A DNA stretch of 41,671 bases from an uncultured Lachnobacterium sp. GTDB taxonomy: Bacteria > Bacillota > Clostridia > Lachnospirales > Lachnospiraceae. The first letter of the stretch is position 1. The number at the start of each line of letters is the position of its first letter. Below are positions 17,897 to 28,016 of this stretch, piece after piece. The position numbers and the translations under genes were made by a program. The notes below the pieces were generated by a model that searched no databases, was not told the DNA's origin, and saw only the letters and a program-made list of their open reading frames with translations. Location: positions 1 to 41,671 of the forward strand of contig CAYNOE010000001.1 in the NCBI GenBank assembly GCA_964398745.1. The letters run 5' to 3'.

Positions 17897-20800
17897 TTAA
17901 CTGAGTGTATAAAGATGATAAAGCATGATAGTAGCTTTTGTCCTCTGTACGCTCGTCTTAATTTCTTTTCCGCCTTTTACATATGTTGCATAAACTTCAA
18001 AATTTACGCTGACGGTATTATTGTCCACCACATCCTTGTACGGAACATAGAAGACGTATTTTACACCATCTATACTGGCATCCACATTGTACCAGTCTTT
18101 TGCCTTTCCTGAATCATTCCTGATAAGCCGGGTTCCTTCCTTGCCAGCCTCATCATACAGAGGATAGCTGCATGGAACACCCGTATCTGCGGACTTTACA
18201 TCAAGGAAGTATTTCTTGCCCTTGATGTTGGAAGCCATTGCGGACTTAATGTCATGGACAGAAATTTCCACGCGTACCATTTCCTCGCCGTTTATATTTT
18301 CCAGTCTTCCGTCTACCGCAGATTGTGCATTGCTCTCATCATAATCCACGCAAATCTGGTATTCATTGTCCGAGGAAACAGAGTCTGCATTATCCACCTT
18401 CACATAAGGCTTGGAATCAGGCGGACGGTAAGCTGCAATCATCGTATTCACGAAAAGCTTTACCTCATCATCTGTCATAACAGAACTGGTCTGTCCCATG
18501 CCCCTGTCAATTCCGTGTCCGGAACCGGTATAGGTGATGTTCCCCTTGTTGTAAATATAGAACTGGCTTCTTGCATCCTGGTCCTTTGCAGAGAACATGT
18601 TGTTGTCCCTTGTCGTCGTGGAAGGAACATTTCCCCCGTAGAAATCCTGTACTTCCTTGTCGTAAGAATCTGACAAGGAAAACCATACGTTTACATCCCC
18701 GCCCTGCTGGTACTCAAGGTCAAGCTGGAAGTTCTGCATATGCGTCTGCAGTACCTCAATCACCGGATCAAGCTTATACGGATAAGTGGTAATCTGACCG
18801 TTGTTTGTCAGTTCCACCATCGTGGTATTGTAATACAGGTAATGCTGCCAGTTTTTATCCCAGATCTTTCCTCCCTTGATTACACGGTCCTTAACATAGG
18901 AATTATTCTGTCCCGGTGCAATCGGCGCCTGCCAGTCCTTGTGCCGGATATTTGTGCGGACATACAGGAATGCGTCATTATCCATAAACTCATTGACTGT
19001 CGTGCCATAAAATTCCGGCTCAATGGAGTTCCCGTCTATTTCCTTTGACAGCGTCCTGTAATATTTCTTACGGTCAGCAATACCAAGGTTCTTCTCACTG
19101 ACAAAGGATACATCCGTTCCGTTTGCCAGAATATGGCTGTAACTCTTTTCATAGGTTCCGTTTGCCTTTTTGTTATAATATGCCCGGCGCTGTCCTGCCG
19201 TGGTACGCAGCCAGGTATTATATTTTCCGAAGGAAGCACGGATATCGCCCTGGTCACCGCCGGTATATTCCAGCATGTGGCTGTCCGTAACCGTATCATG
19301 GCTTAAAATCAAACCTTTCCCCTGCTCCACAAAATCCTTGATTCCTTCTACATATACCTCATTTGCGGTAAAGCAGTTCTGGTCAATAAACCCGAATACC
19401 ACCATGTCATAGTTGGACAGGAAATCCTTCCAGTTTGACAGTGCAGTCTCGGTAGCCGTCTTGTCATAACCATTCTCTCCCTTGTTCGGCGTACCAAACA
19501 GCTTATACCAGTCTTTGTTGAACATATACTGGATATTTACGTCAAACTCCTGCACCGGATCCAGATAGGTCCTGAACTTCTCCGGTGTTATCCTCTGGGC
19601 GCTGGTCAGCTGGTTCCAGAGCCTGCTGTCTGTTGCAGGAATTCCGCCATTCTCAATTCGTCTGGCATTAAATTGTGCATAGGATTCATTATTCTTAACC
19701 ACAATGGACTCTTTTGTGAAAGCAGAGAAGCATCTGCCGTCACCCCAGAGACTCTTTTCCACCGGACCGTCTTTCTTCATGTCTCCCATCAGGTTCATCT
19801 GGAGGACATTAATCGTATCACGTTCACTGTTTTTCACTGCGGTATAATCCACTGCGCTTGAACGCAGATACGGATTATTCAGCTCCTGCACTTCCAGCTT
19901 CCACGGAATAATTCCCTGCCGCTCCTTCGGGATATTTACCACCCCGTAATACGGCGTGTATGGCTGGAGTACAAATGTATCCGAGGTTCCGAGCTGTCTG
20001 TCATTCCTCATGTCGGACTTCGTTGCATAAAGCCGCATTGCCATCGGTTCTTCCGAGGAATCATACAGAAACTTTTCAGAACCCATCGCGGTATTCATGT
20101 TTTCCACCTCGGAAATTTCCTTCAGGGAACCAGAATAAACACCGTCACCGTCCGTATCCACATTTAAGTATGCCCTGTAACCCGCCAGGGAAGTCCCTTC
20201 TATATAGAAATGGTAAACAAGCACTGCCTGCCCGTCTGCATTCTTCCCCTGGTAAATTTCATCCCTGATAACGCCCTTGGCACTGTTTTTATTTTCGAAT
20301 GTATAGTCATATTCTACCGGATATGCATCTTCATCATCCATAAATGTCAGGCGGCAAAGATTTCCGTTAATCAGCTTCTTCATCCTGGAGTTGTTAATCT
20401 TGCCATGGGAAAAGATATTCTCGTGTGCATTACGGTCCACCTCAACAAGGTTTCCGTCATCATCCTCCGTCTTAATCTTTCCATTGTCCTTCCATGTCAG
20501 AAAATCATAAAGTTTGGAACTCTTATCCACCTTTGTGGTATCCACGTCCCCTGCTTTTCCGTCCTTGTAAAGCGGCGTATCCACGATGACTGGCTTTCCT
20601 GCCCTTACAAAGTCCTCCAGTTCAAGCATCTTCTTTAAAGTAATGTCATTTCCGGCATACCGGAGATCCATCACTTCATCCGCCTGCCCGTTGATGACAT
20701 TTATGTTTCCGTTATAAACCGTACCGCCAATCGCGGTATAAAGCAGATGCCCCAGATTTGTCTTCGTACCCGGATGTCCGTTTGCGAATTCATTATAACC

Positions 20801-22756
20801 ATACTGTCCGTTGGACGCATCCTGCTTGGAGCCGAAAATAATGATATCATATTTTGACAGAAGGTCATCCGAACTGTCCACAGTAAGGAGCTCATTGTTT
20901 CCTTCTTCGTCCTTAACGTTATAATCATAGCGTCCGACACTTCCGTTAAACTCCCACGTCGGCATGGTCGTTACTTCCAGTAAATTCTTATCCTCCAGCC
21001 AGCCGTTTTCATTGTCCGTGGCTGGATGATACCATGGCAGAATCTTCTGGTAATATTCTTTCCAGTCTGGATCCTCTTTATAGATAAACTTGTCGCACGG
21101 CTGAATCTCCAGAATCCTGAGCTTCGGCGTATACTGCTGTGGCTGCAGGATAAATTCCACCCCGTCCAGAATCGACATATGGTCGCCCGGCTCCTTGTCA
21201 AAATATTCATAACCTTCGGAAGTCGTGTTGTTTGACCAGTCCCCGTATTTATTGTTCGGGTCATAGGTTGTATAACCAATATTTTTGTTATCGTTTAACA
21301 GCTCGGATACAATCGGGTCGCCCTGTGTCGTCATAATGTGATCCACAAGATCCATTCCACCGCTGTTGACGTTTAACAGACGCATCTGGTCATACATATT
21401 CTTGTTCTTGTCGGTTGGGGAAACCGCAAAGGTAGTATTTGTAAAACTCGTAATGGAGCCGGACTCATAATCCGGCCGGTAAACCACCTTGTCATAACCG
21501 CCGATGTTTTCTTTCGTCAGATAATTTCCGAAGATACTCATAAACTTCTTCGGCTGGTACTGAATCAGCATAATCACCAGCTTATGGAAATTCGACTGCT
21601 CAGCCGTAATGCCGTTTTCTACCTGCGGATTCCAGATTAACGGCTTCTGCAGTACAAGAGACGCTGGTCTGTCAGATGCCATACGCCTTAACAGCGCCAT
21701 CGTAACGTCATAGGTCAGGTCGTTTGATCCGGTATTAAAAAAGGTTGCGCCCTTTTTGTCGTAGTCCGGGTCTTCCGGATGGTTCATGTAATTATAAATC
21801 CGTACAAGATCTGCATATTCCTGCAGGTTGTGGACAGAAATCAAATCCGCTTCCTCAATTAACGGGCATTTGCCGTTTTCCACTGTGTTCTGAAGCTGCT
21901 GCGGCGTCATGGTAACCACTTTGGTCGTAAAGCTTTTGGACTTCGCATTATACATTCTGGAAATAATATGATCGTTATTGGTCATTTTAAGGTATTTCCT
22001 GCGGAATACATATTCGTCCGTACGGATTACCAGCGGCTCGTCGCTGTCCTCGCTGCTTATTTTATTTTTCGGAACCCAGATGTATGCGCCCTGCGGGTCA
22101 TAAACATAAGTCCCGTCATCCTCAAGGCGGAAATATCCCTGCCCGCTGTCTGAGAGCTTGTAAATCCCCTGCTCGCTGTGGTAGGCATTTCCATCCTTAT
22201 CTTTATTCGTCTTAATCTGCCACTGGCCAAAATCCTGGTCTGCCGCTGCATGCTCCAGCTTAAACCCGCGGTTATCACTGTCGCTGTAAATATCCTTGAG
22301 TGAAATCCAGTTTCCCTTGTTGGCAAGATCCTGGGACGGACCATCCAGCACGAAATCCCCTGCCGGAATCTGGTCATAAAAGCCAAACTCTTCGGTCTCA
22401 TCCGCAGAAAAGATTGGATTCTGATCCACAAGGGGCTTTTTGATATTAAACCGGCTGTAAAGCATCTGGGCTTTTTTCATGTCAACCGGTTCACAGTCCG
22501 GAATATAATATCCCCACAGTGCCTGGTCCTCACTCGGAACGATTTCCAGTATCACAAGCGGATTGTCCGCTGTACCCAGCCTTGCCTTCGCATTCGTCTT
22601 AAAAACGGTTGTGGATGTTACCTCATCCCCTTTGAATTTCTGGTTCAGTGCCGTGGCAAGCGCACGGATGCCGCCACCTGGCACCAGTATTCCGAACAGC
22701 ACACAGATACTTAAGACAACTGCAATGATTCTTTTTGACTTTGTCTTTAATTTCAT
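17897..22756 (-). CDS. Large secreted DUF5057-type protein, putative pilus-associated adhesin
   Basis: AGGAGG RBS before ATG 22756 and a Sec signal peptide (..GIRALA). Motifs ILEIVP, LRILEIQPC, NVLQ, YDMVVFGF.D, SHDT, N.GQIT.YPY, TH.Q.FQLDLE and YIYNKGNITYTGSGH recalled for DUF5057 proteins. Last gene of the pil cluster. Confidence 0.75.
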   Translation of the reverse strand: MKLKTKSKRIIAVVLSICVLFGILVPGGGIRALATALNQKFKGDEVTSTTVFKTNAKARLGTADNPLVILEIVPSEDQALWGYYIPDCEPVDMKKAQMLYSRFNIKKPLVDQNPIFSADETEEFGFYDQIPAGDFVLDGPSQDLANKGNWISLKDIYSDSDNRGFKLEHAAADQDFGQWQIKTNKDKDGNAYHSEQGIYKLSDSGQGYFRLEDDGTYVYDPQGAYIWVPKNKISSEDSDEPLVIRTDEYVFRRKYLKMTNNDHIISRMYNAKSKSFTTKVVTMTPQQLQNTVENGKCPLIEEADLISVHNLQEYADLVRIYNYMNHPEDPDYDKKGATFFNTGSNDLTYDVTMALLRRMASDRPASLVLQKPLIWNPQVENGITAEQSNFHKLVIMLIQYQPKKFMSIFGNYLTKENIGGYDKVVYRPDYESGSITSFTNTTFAVSPTDKNKNMYDQMRLLNVNSGGMDLVDHIMTTQGDPIVSELLNDNKNIGYTTYDPNNKYGDWSNNTTSEGYEYFDKEPGDHMSILDGVEFILQPQQYTPKLRILEIQPCDKFIYKEDPDWKEYYQKILPWYHPATDNENGWLEDKNLLEVTTMPTWEFNGSVGRYDYNVKDEEGNNELLTVDSSDDLLSKYDIIIFGSKQDASNGQYGYNEFANGHPGTKTNLGHLLYTAIGGTVYNGNINVINGQADEVMDLRYAGNDITLKKMLELEDFVRAGKPVIVDTPLYKDGKAGDVDTTKVDKSSKLYDFLTWKDNGKIKTEDDDGNLVEVDRNAHENIFSHGKINNSRMKKLINGNLCRLTFMDDEDAYPVEYDYTFENKNSAKGVIRDEIYQGKNADGQAVLVYHFYIEGTSLAGYRAYLNVDTDGDGVYSGSLKEISEVENMNTAMGSEKFLYDSSEEPMAMRLYATKSDMRNDRQLGTSDTFVLQPYTPYYGVVNIPKERQGIIPWKLEVQELNNPYLRSSAVDYTAVKNSERDTINVLQMNLMGDMKKDGPVEKSLWGDGRCFSAFTKESIVVKNNESYAQFNARRIENGGIPATDSRLWNQLTSAQRITPEKFRTYLDPVQEFDVNIQYMFNKDWYKLFGTPNKGENGYDKTATETALSNWKDFLSNYDMVVFGFIDQNCFTANEVYVEGIKDFVEQGKGLILSHDTVTDSHMLEYTGGDQGDIRASFGKYNTWLRTTAGQRRAYYNKKANGTYEKSYSHILANGTDVSFVSEKNLGIADRKKYYRTLSKEIDGNSIEPEFYGTTVNEFMDNDAFLYVRTNIRHKDWQAPIAPGQNNSYVKDRVIKGGKIWDKNWQHYLYYNTTMVELTNNGQITTYPYKLDPVIEVLQTHMQNFQLDLEYQQGGDVNVWFSLSDSYDKEVQDFYGGNVPSTTTRDNNMFSAKDQDARSQFYIYNKGNITYTGSGHGIDRGMGQTSSVMTDDEVKLFVNTMIAAYRPPDSKPYVKVDNADSVSSDNEYQICVDYDESNAQSAVDGRLENINGEEMVRVEISVHDIKSAMASNIKGKKYFLDVKSADTGVPCSYPLYDEAGKEGTRLIRNDSGKAKDWYNVDASIDGVKYVFYVPYKDVVDNNTVSVNFEVYATYVKGGKEIKTSVQRTKATIMLYHLYTLS

Positions 22757-22782
22757 TCCCTGCACCTCCTTTATGCTCCGTA

Positions 22783-24996
22783 TTATTTTTCATTCAGACG
22801 CCATTGCTTTGCAGTCTGAATATAGTAATAGGTCTTTCCTTTGTACTCTGCCCAGTATTTGTGTGTTGAACCGTCTACACCGTTTTTGCTTGAGTTGATA
22901 TAGGTTATCTTTTCCCCGTCCGGCATAAAGAGGGTCGTCGATTTTCCGGTTTCCGGAGCCGTCTTCGACGGGTCAATATTGCTGATATCCGTGAATGATG
23001 GTATATAAACCGCATCATCTGTCTGCCCGCCGTTGTAAGACGCTGTATTTGCCTGGTCAGGCCAGATGGTCAGGCTGCAGGTCACGCCATCGAGCACATG
23101 TCCCTTACTGTCCTTAAGCCCGAAAGTATATTCCGTATCCATCATCGCATTCTTTGTGGCAGTAACAGAAGCCATCGTGCCGTTTGACGTTATGCTGAGT
23201 CCCGAACCACTGCCGCTTTTTACATATACATTTGCATTCTTAAGCCCCTGAACCTCGAACTGGATATAGGTCGTCTGTCCTGAAGTAACCGGAAAGATAT
23301 TCTGGTCCCCAAGCACATTCTGAACCGCAAATTTAACACGGGAAAATGTAAAATGTATGGAAGGCCCGTTTGCTTCCCCTCCGTTTCCGGTGCTGTATCT
23401 CGTGGTAAAGTCTATGCTGTAATCTTTCTTGTAATCCTGGCTGCCCATATAAACCGTATAGTCAGATGCGCCTGCCACGATGGAACTGTCCGAACTGTTC
23501 CCTCCTGACTGCGTAATTCCCCAGGAATCCGCCGGAAGCGGCATAAAGTCTGTTTCCACCCCGTTTTTATCCTTGTATTTCACCTGCATGATAAGGGTAT
23601 AACTGTCCCCACGGTTTGCCGCGACAGAAACGCTGCCGCCTGAACAGTTCACCGCGCCGGAGGAATCAACCAGCCTTACCTCTGATACTGTCTTATCCTC
23701 GTCTCCCGGTGACGCAAGGAAATTCCATGTGACCTCACCGGATTTACATTCCACATTGCCCGGAACCATTGCATGAATCCTGAGTTTATATGTCTTTCCA
23801 ATGTAATTGCCCGGTCTTGTCACATTTACGGTATAACAGAGCTTATTTACATCCGAAACAAAATCAGAACCAGCCTCATCCGGCGTAATGGAAACACTTA
23901 AGGTACTGCTCTCTGCCATTACAGTCGGAGTAATGGCATGTAAATCCTCCGGTGTCAGATTCTGCCCGTAAATAGTAAAAACCGCAGTTGCTACGGAGAG
24001 TTTATCGGGCTTCTGTGCCGGTTTGGTCAGTGATGCAACGGCTTCCGCAGACTTAACATGGATAACCGCCGTATCGGAAACATACTTGCTGTTATCCAGT
24101 CCGCCGCGGTTAATGCTTCCCTGTTCCGTAGCCCTGACCGTCACATCGCCCCTTACATCTACTCCCAGGTTAATTGTACCGGTCGAACGGTTGATATCCG
24201 CTTTCCCCTGCGGCTGCGGATCGAAAGTCCAGACCGCAGTACCCTTATCTGTTACAGAATTATCCTCTTTTTTGTATGTAGGGGTAAATGGATTCGCAGC
24301 GCTCGTCCCCGCCCACATCGCAAACTCATCCGGAGAAAGCTCAAGTTTTTTAATTTTGTTTTTTTCATCCTCCAAAATGGAATCCTTAAAATAATCACCG
24401 ACATTTCCGCTGGTCAGCTCCAGCACCTTGTTCCTTAAAAGAACTGTATTGCTCGTTTTATATGTCCGGTTGCCCCCTGCCCTAAAATCAATGCTGAAAC
24501 ATATGCGGTTAGAGGACAGCAGGTTGGATACATCCACGGAGAAATTCTCCACATAATCGGAAAGCGTCTGCGGATTCACCTTGTCGGAAGAAAGCGCATA
24601 GGCTCCGCTTAACGGATCAATACTATAGTCCATATAACAGTATTTCAGCTTTTTATTATCCGTGTAAATATGCGTCACCTGGTAGCTTACACTGCCGGAA
24701 TTACTGACAAGACGGTTATAAACAAACATTTCACTGCCGGTTGTCTGCGAAGACGGCAGGGACGGATCCAGCCCGACGCCCTGGCTTGCATTTACAACAA
24801 GCGTCTCCAGCTGGCTCATCGTAAGCTGTGCCTCATTCTGCAGGTCGGACTCCGCACTTCCCCTGTGGTAAAACCTCATGGTATACATAAAAAATCCAAT
24901 GACGGCTCCCACAACAATTGACAGAATTGCAATTGCAATCAGAAGTTCCACCAGTGTGTATCCCCTGTTATTCCTCCGTTTTTTTTTCTTTCTCAT
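22783..24996 (-). CDS. Large minor type IV pilin (PilW/GspJ-like) with C-terminal Ig-like domains
   Basis: Class III leader MRKKKKRRNNRG|YTLVELL (Glu+5), followed by LQNEAQ..MSQL and ~550 aa of beta-rich sequence. Confidence 0.85.
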   Translation of the reverse strand: MRKKKKRRNNRGYTLVELLIAIAILSIVVGAVIGFFMYTMRFYHRGSAESDLQNEAQLTMSQLETLVVNASQGVGLDPSLPSSQTTGSEMFVYNRLVSNSGSVSYQVTHIYTDNKKLKYCYMDYSIDPLSGAYALSSDKVNPQTLSDYVENFSVDVSNLLSSNRICFSIDFRAGGNRTYKTSNTVLLRNKVLELTSGNVGDYFKDSILEDEKNKIKKLELSPDEFAMWAGTSAANPFTPTYKKEDNSVTDKGTAVWTFDPQPQGKADINRSTGTINLGVDVRGDVTVRATEQGSINRGGLDNSKYVSDTAVIHVKSAEAVASLTKPAQKPDKLSVATAVFTIYGQNLTPEDLHAITPTVMAESSTLSVSITPDEAGSDFVSDVNKLCYTVNVTRPGNYIGKTYKLRIHAMVPGNVECKSGEVTWNFLASPGDEDKTVSEVRLVDSSGAVNCSGGSVSVAANRGDSYTLIMQVKYKDKNGVETDFMPLPADSWGITQSGGNSSDSSIVAGASDYTVYMGSQDYKKDYSIDFTTRYSTGNGGEANGPSIHFTFSRVKFAVQNVLGDQNIFPVTSGQTTYIQFEVQGLKNANVYVKSGSGSGLSITSNGTMASVTATKNAMMDTEYTFGLKDSKGHVLDGVTCSLTIWPDQANTASYNGGQTDDAVYIPSFTDISNIDPSKTAPETGKSTTLFMPDGEKITYINSSKNGVDGSTHKYWAEYKGKTYYYIQTAKQWRLNEK

Positions 24997-25019
24997 ACCG
25001 CATACCCTCTTTACACTTT

Positions 25020-25580
25020 CTAATCTTCCTGACAGACAAACTTACCGGTTTCCTGGTTCAGGGTAATGGTGTAGCCTTTGTTGCGCGCCGGATTCTGTAC
25101 ATGAATCTTTTCACAGTAAACAATAGACGACCCGTTCATCTTATCCGGCAGCTTTCCCTGTGCATCCACCGTCGTGGAAGTCTTAATCCCTTCAAACGAA
25201 CCCGTTCCCCTCTCATAAGTCAGAATCAGGGAAGTGGAATTATCAATCTCAATCTCGTTTGCCGATCCTTTTTCAACAAAGGAAATATGAATTCTGGAAG
25301 ACAAATCCGTATCATTCGCATTATAGGAACGTTTAATCTTATATCCTTTCGAATCTTTATATATTTCCATCCATTCTGTCCGTTTCGCAAGCGCTTCCGT
25401 TTTGGTTTCCTTCAGGTTCGTGCAAATCTGGTCCTTCGCCGCCCTGCATTTGTAGCCTGACATAGAAGTAAACAGCAGCACAGAACCCGATGCCATAACG
25501 ACCATAATTGCAATGACAACTATTATTTCAACTAATGAATAACCCCCGTTTGAAACACCATTCTTTTTCACACGCATCAC
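25020..25580 (-). CDS. Minor type IV pilin (FimU/GspH-like)
   Basis: Class III leader ..SNGG|YSLVEII and FimU-like L.ETKTEALAK and F..GTGSF motifs. Start may be GTG 25571 or ATG 25577. Confidence 0.85.
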   Translation of the reverse strand: MMRVKKNGVSNGGYSLVEIIVVIAIMVVMASGSVLLFTSMSGYKCRAAKDQICTNLKETKTEALAKRTEWMEIYKDSKGYKIKRSYNANDTDLSSRIHISFVEKGSANEIEIDNSTSLILTYERGTGSFEGIKTSTTVDAQGKLPDKMNGSSIVYCEKIHVQNPARNKGYTITLNQETGKFVCQED

Positions 25581-25583
25581 CGC

Positions 25584-28016
25584 CTACTGTTTCTTCCAGT
25601 TACTATAGGTTACATATTCTGAAAATGCCAGGGTGTTCTCTGTTCCATTCTGCCCTCCCGCATTTCCTGTCAGGCAGCTTTCCCCCGCAACCAGATAATC
25701 CACCGCACGGACTCCGTTTGCATCCTCAATACGCAGCGCCTGCTGGGTCAGGTTGCTGTCCGCACGGATTGATTTGTTCTGGTTATCAATGATAATCTTA
25801 CCGCCCGCAATAATCATTCCGTTAAAGTTGCATTTCACTTCCACATCACCGGATGCAATCACAACATGCACCGGAAGCTGGTCCGTACCAACCTGTTCGG
25901 TCGCTTCATGATTCGCATCAGACGACGGATTTTCAAGCACATAAGTATTCTTTCCCTTGTTATTTACAACTACTGCGCACATCATGGAACCCGGTGCAGC
26001 CCCGCCTCCCGCGGACGTTGCAAATATCTTTTTGGAACCTGACGGGATATTTTTATCCGGCTCGGCGCTTGTCATCGGAAGCACCAGATTGTCATACACG
26101 CTCCGGCTTAACTGGTCCGAAGTGACCGAGCCTGCCATCAGCGTATGCCGCAGCGCCGCAAAAGTCTGCTGGTAGCTTGCCGTGCGCTGTTCCAGACTGA
26201 CGTTATACTGCGGCGTCATGGACTTAAGCTTTCCTGCCAGCACCCTGGTGTTTGCATTGTCCGGCACAAGCACGCAGCCATTGTAATAAAACGTATAATC
26301 CGTCGGCTCATCTTCCTTATCCTTAAAGGCCTGTGAATACTCAATATTGGTATTGAAGCGGTTTGCTGCCACACGGCCTTTTAAAACAGAAAGATTCTTT
26401 TCTTTGGCATAATAGCTTTCCGCAAAATCATTCACATCCTGCTGGCTGGCAAAAACCATGAAGAAATAAACCATCTGCGTACTGTTGCTCATCGGATAAA
26501 CTTCCTTCTGGATTCCGGACACCCCGTACTGCGCCAGCTCGGACGGTACTCCAACTACCGCCGTTTCACTCGAACGCAGGAAATCCATGGAGTTTACTTT
26601 TGTCCGGTCGCCACTATAAAACTTATCGGCAAGCTGCCCCTCCAGCTCAAGGTAGCGGTCGCCCGTCATCGGATTGGAACCGCCTGCCGCACAGAACGGG
26701 GCAATAAAACTTGCCGGAACCATGTATGCCCGCTGGTTTGCCTTCATGGTAACGGACTCACCCATCGGAATGTTTTTGTTCTCATTCAGCCTTGGAATAT
26801 TCTGTGCAATGGAATTCCTTTCTGCATTCACATATGCGTTTCCTGCAATAATAAAACTGTCCAGTGCGCTCATATTCAGTGTGGCGTCTTTTCCGTTTAT
26901 CAGTACTGCACTCGAATATGCCGCCGGATTCGCATCCACGACAGTTTCCGAATAAATTCCCTTGGAATTCGTCAGTGTACCGAAAGCTGTCAGCTGTCCC
27001 TCCGCGCTGACCGTGGAATCGTTTCCAAGGACAAGGTCGTTGCTTAAAAAGGTCGTACCCGGGCCAAGCGGATCCCCGTTGCTGGAAACGCCGGAAACAC
27101 CCAGGGAAACAGAAGCATGCTCCACCTCTATGTTTTTTGCCCACGTTACACATGTACCCTTAATAATTACATCCGCACCCTGGTTGGCAAAAAGCGTTCC
27201 GCCGGTAATCAGCCTTGTATTATCCCCGATCGGCTCAAATGTTACAGTACCTGTCTTGTAGTCTGCACCGTAACGCTGTGCCGTTTCATCATCCGTCCCA
27301 AGATAGGCGCTTCCTGCCACCTGGATATCTCCCCCGTTCACCTGGGACTGCTCATTGGCAACCAGTGCAAACGAAGTTAAATCCAGCGCTGTCGCCACCT
27401 GCTGGTTAAAGTCAATCGGCGGACAACTTACCACAATATCCGTCCGGATTACGGTCATGTAATCCTTATCATCAATAAAGGTCACCCTGAGATTCTTAAA
27501 AGTATAAGTTCCCGCTGTGGAATCAATATTCAGCACATTGGCATTTGCCCCGCCCACAACATCCAGGGTACAGTTTCCCGCATTCAGCACATCCTGGGAA
27601 ATCATGCCATACAAGGTGTCTTTGTCATAAAGCTTTGCATACATTGTGGAATTCGTGACATCCACCAGCGACCGTTCCGGTGCGGGAGGATTTGTGTTAA
27701 GCAGCTCTTTTTCAAACATAGTCATGAAATTGGACTGGCGTGTCTGCGTACTTGAGCCGCTGTAATGCTCCATCGTATATGTATATGCCGCCCCCGCCGC
27801 GTCAGACACACGCTTCTGTAAACCAACATTGATATCATCCAGGGCAGACTCTGCATCATAGAAGTTTTCCTGCGAACGCATCTGCGTCACCTTCATGCGC
27901 AGCGTCATAAGGGTTACGGCAAGCAGCGTAACTGCAAGCACACCAATCACGGCAATTGTTGCAACAACCAGTACCATGGCAGAACCTTTGTTTTTTCCCC
28001 GGTTCCCCTTATTCAA
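25584..28016 (-). CDS. Large PilX/GspK-like minor pilin
   Basis: Leader NKG|SAMVLVV lacks Glu+5, as in PilX/GspK, and is followed by NFYDAESALDDI. Start is reassigned to TTG 28016, behind a GGAAGGA RBS and overlapping the upstream stop (TTGAATAA). Confidence 0.82.
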   Translation of the reverse strand: MNKGNRGKNKGSAMVLVVATIAVIGVLAVTLLAVTLMTLRMKVTQMRSQENFYDAESALDDINVGLQKRVSDAAGAAYTYTMEHYSGSSTQTRQSNFMTMFEKELLNTNPPAPERSLVDVTNSTMYAKLYDKDTLYGMISQDVLNAGNCTLDVVGGANANVLNIDSTAGTYTFKNLRVTFIDDKDYMTVIRTDIVVSCPPIDFNQQVATALDLTSFALVANEQSQVNGGDIQVAGSAYLGTDDETAQRYGADYKTGTVTFEPIGDNTRLITGGTLFANQGADVIIKGTCVTWAKNIEVEHASVSLGVSGVSSNGDPLGPGTTFLSNDLVLGNDSTVSAEGQLTAFGTLTNSKGIYSETVVDANPAAYSSAVLINGKDATLNMSALDSFIIAGNAYVNAERNSIAQNIPRLNENKNIPMGESVTMKANQRAYMVPASFIAPFCAAGGSNPMTGDRYLELEGQLADKFYSGDRTKVNSMDFLRSSETAVVGVPSELAQYGVSGIQKEVYPMSNSTQMVYFFMVFASQQDVNDFAESYYAKEKNLSVLKGRVAANRFNTNIEYSQAFKDKEDEPTDYTFYYNGCVLVPDNANTRVLAGKLKSMTPQYNVSLEQRTASYQQTFAALRHTLMAGSVTSDQLSRSVYDNLVLPMTSAEPDKNIPSGSKKIFATSAGGGAAPGSMMCAVVVNNKGKNTYVLENPSSDANHEATEQVGTDQLPVHVVIASGDVEVKCNFNGMIIAGGKIIIDNQNKSIRADSNLTQQALRIEDANGVRAVDYLVAGESCLTGNAGGQNGTENTLAFSEYVTYSNWKKQ

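Noticed and set aside
24979-24987. A9 homopolymer in the leader of the 737-aa minor pilin as a phase-variation tract
   Set aside because: It encodes the expected Lys-rich prepilin leader, the ORF is in frame, and similar 8-9 nt A/T runs occur in housekeeping genes in this window.
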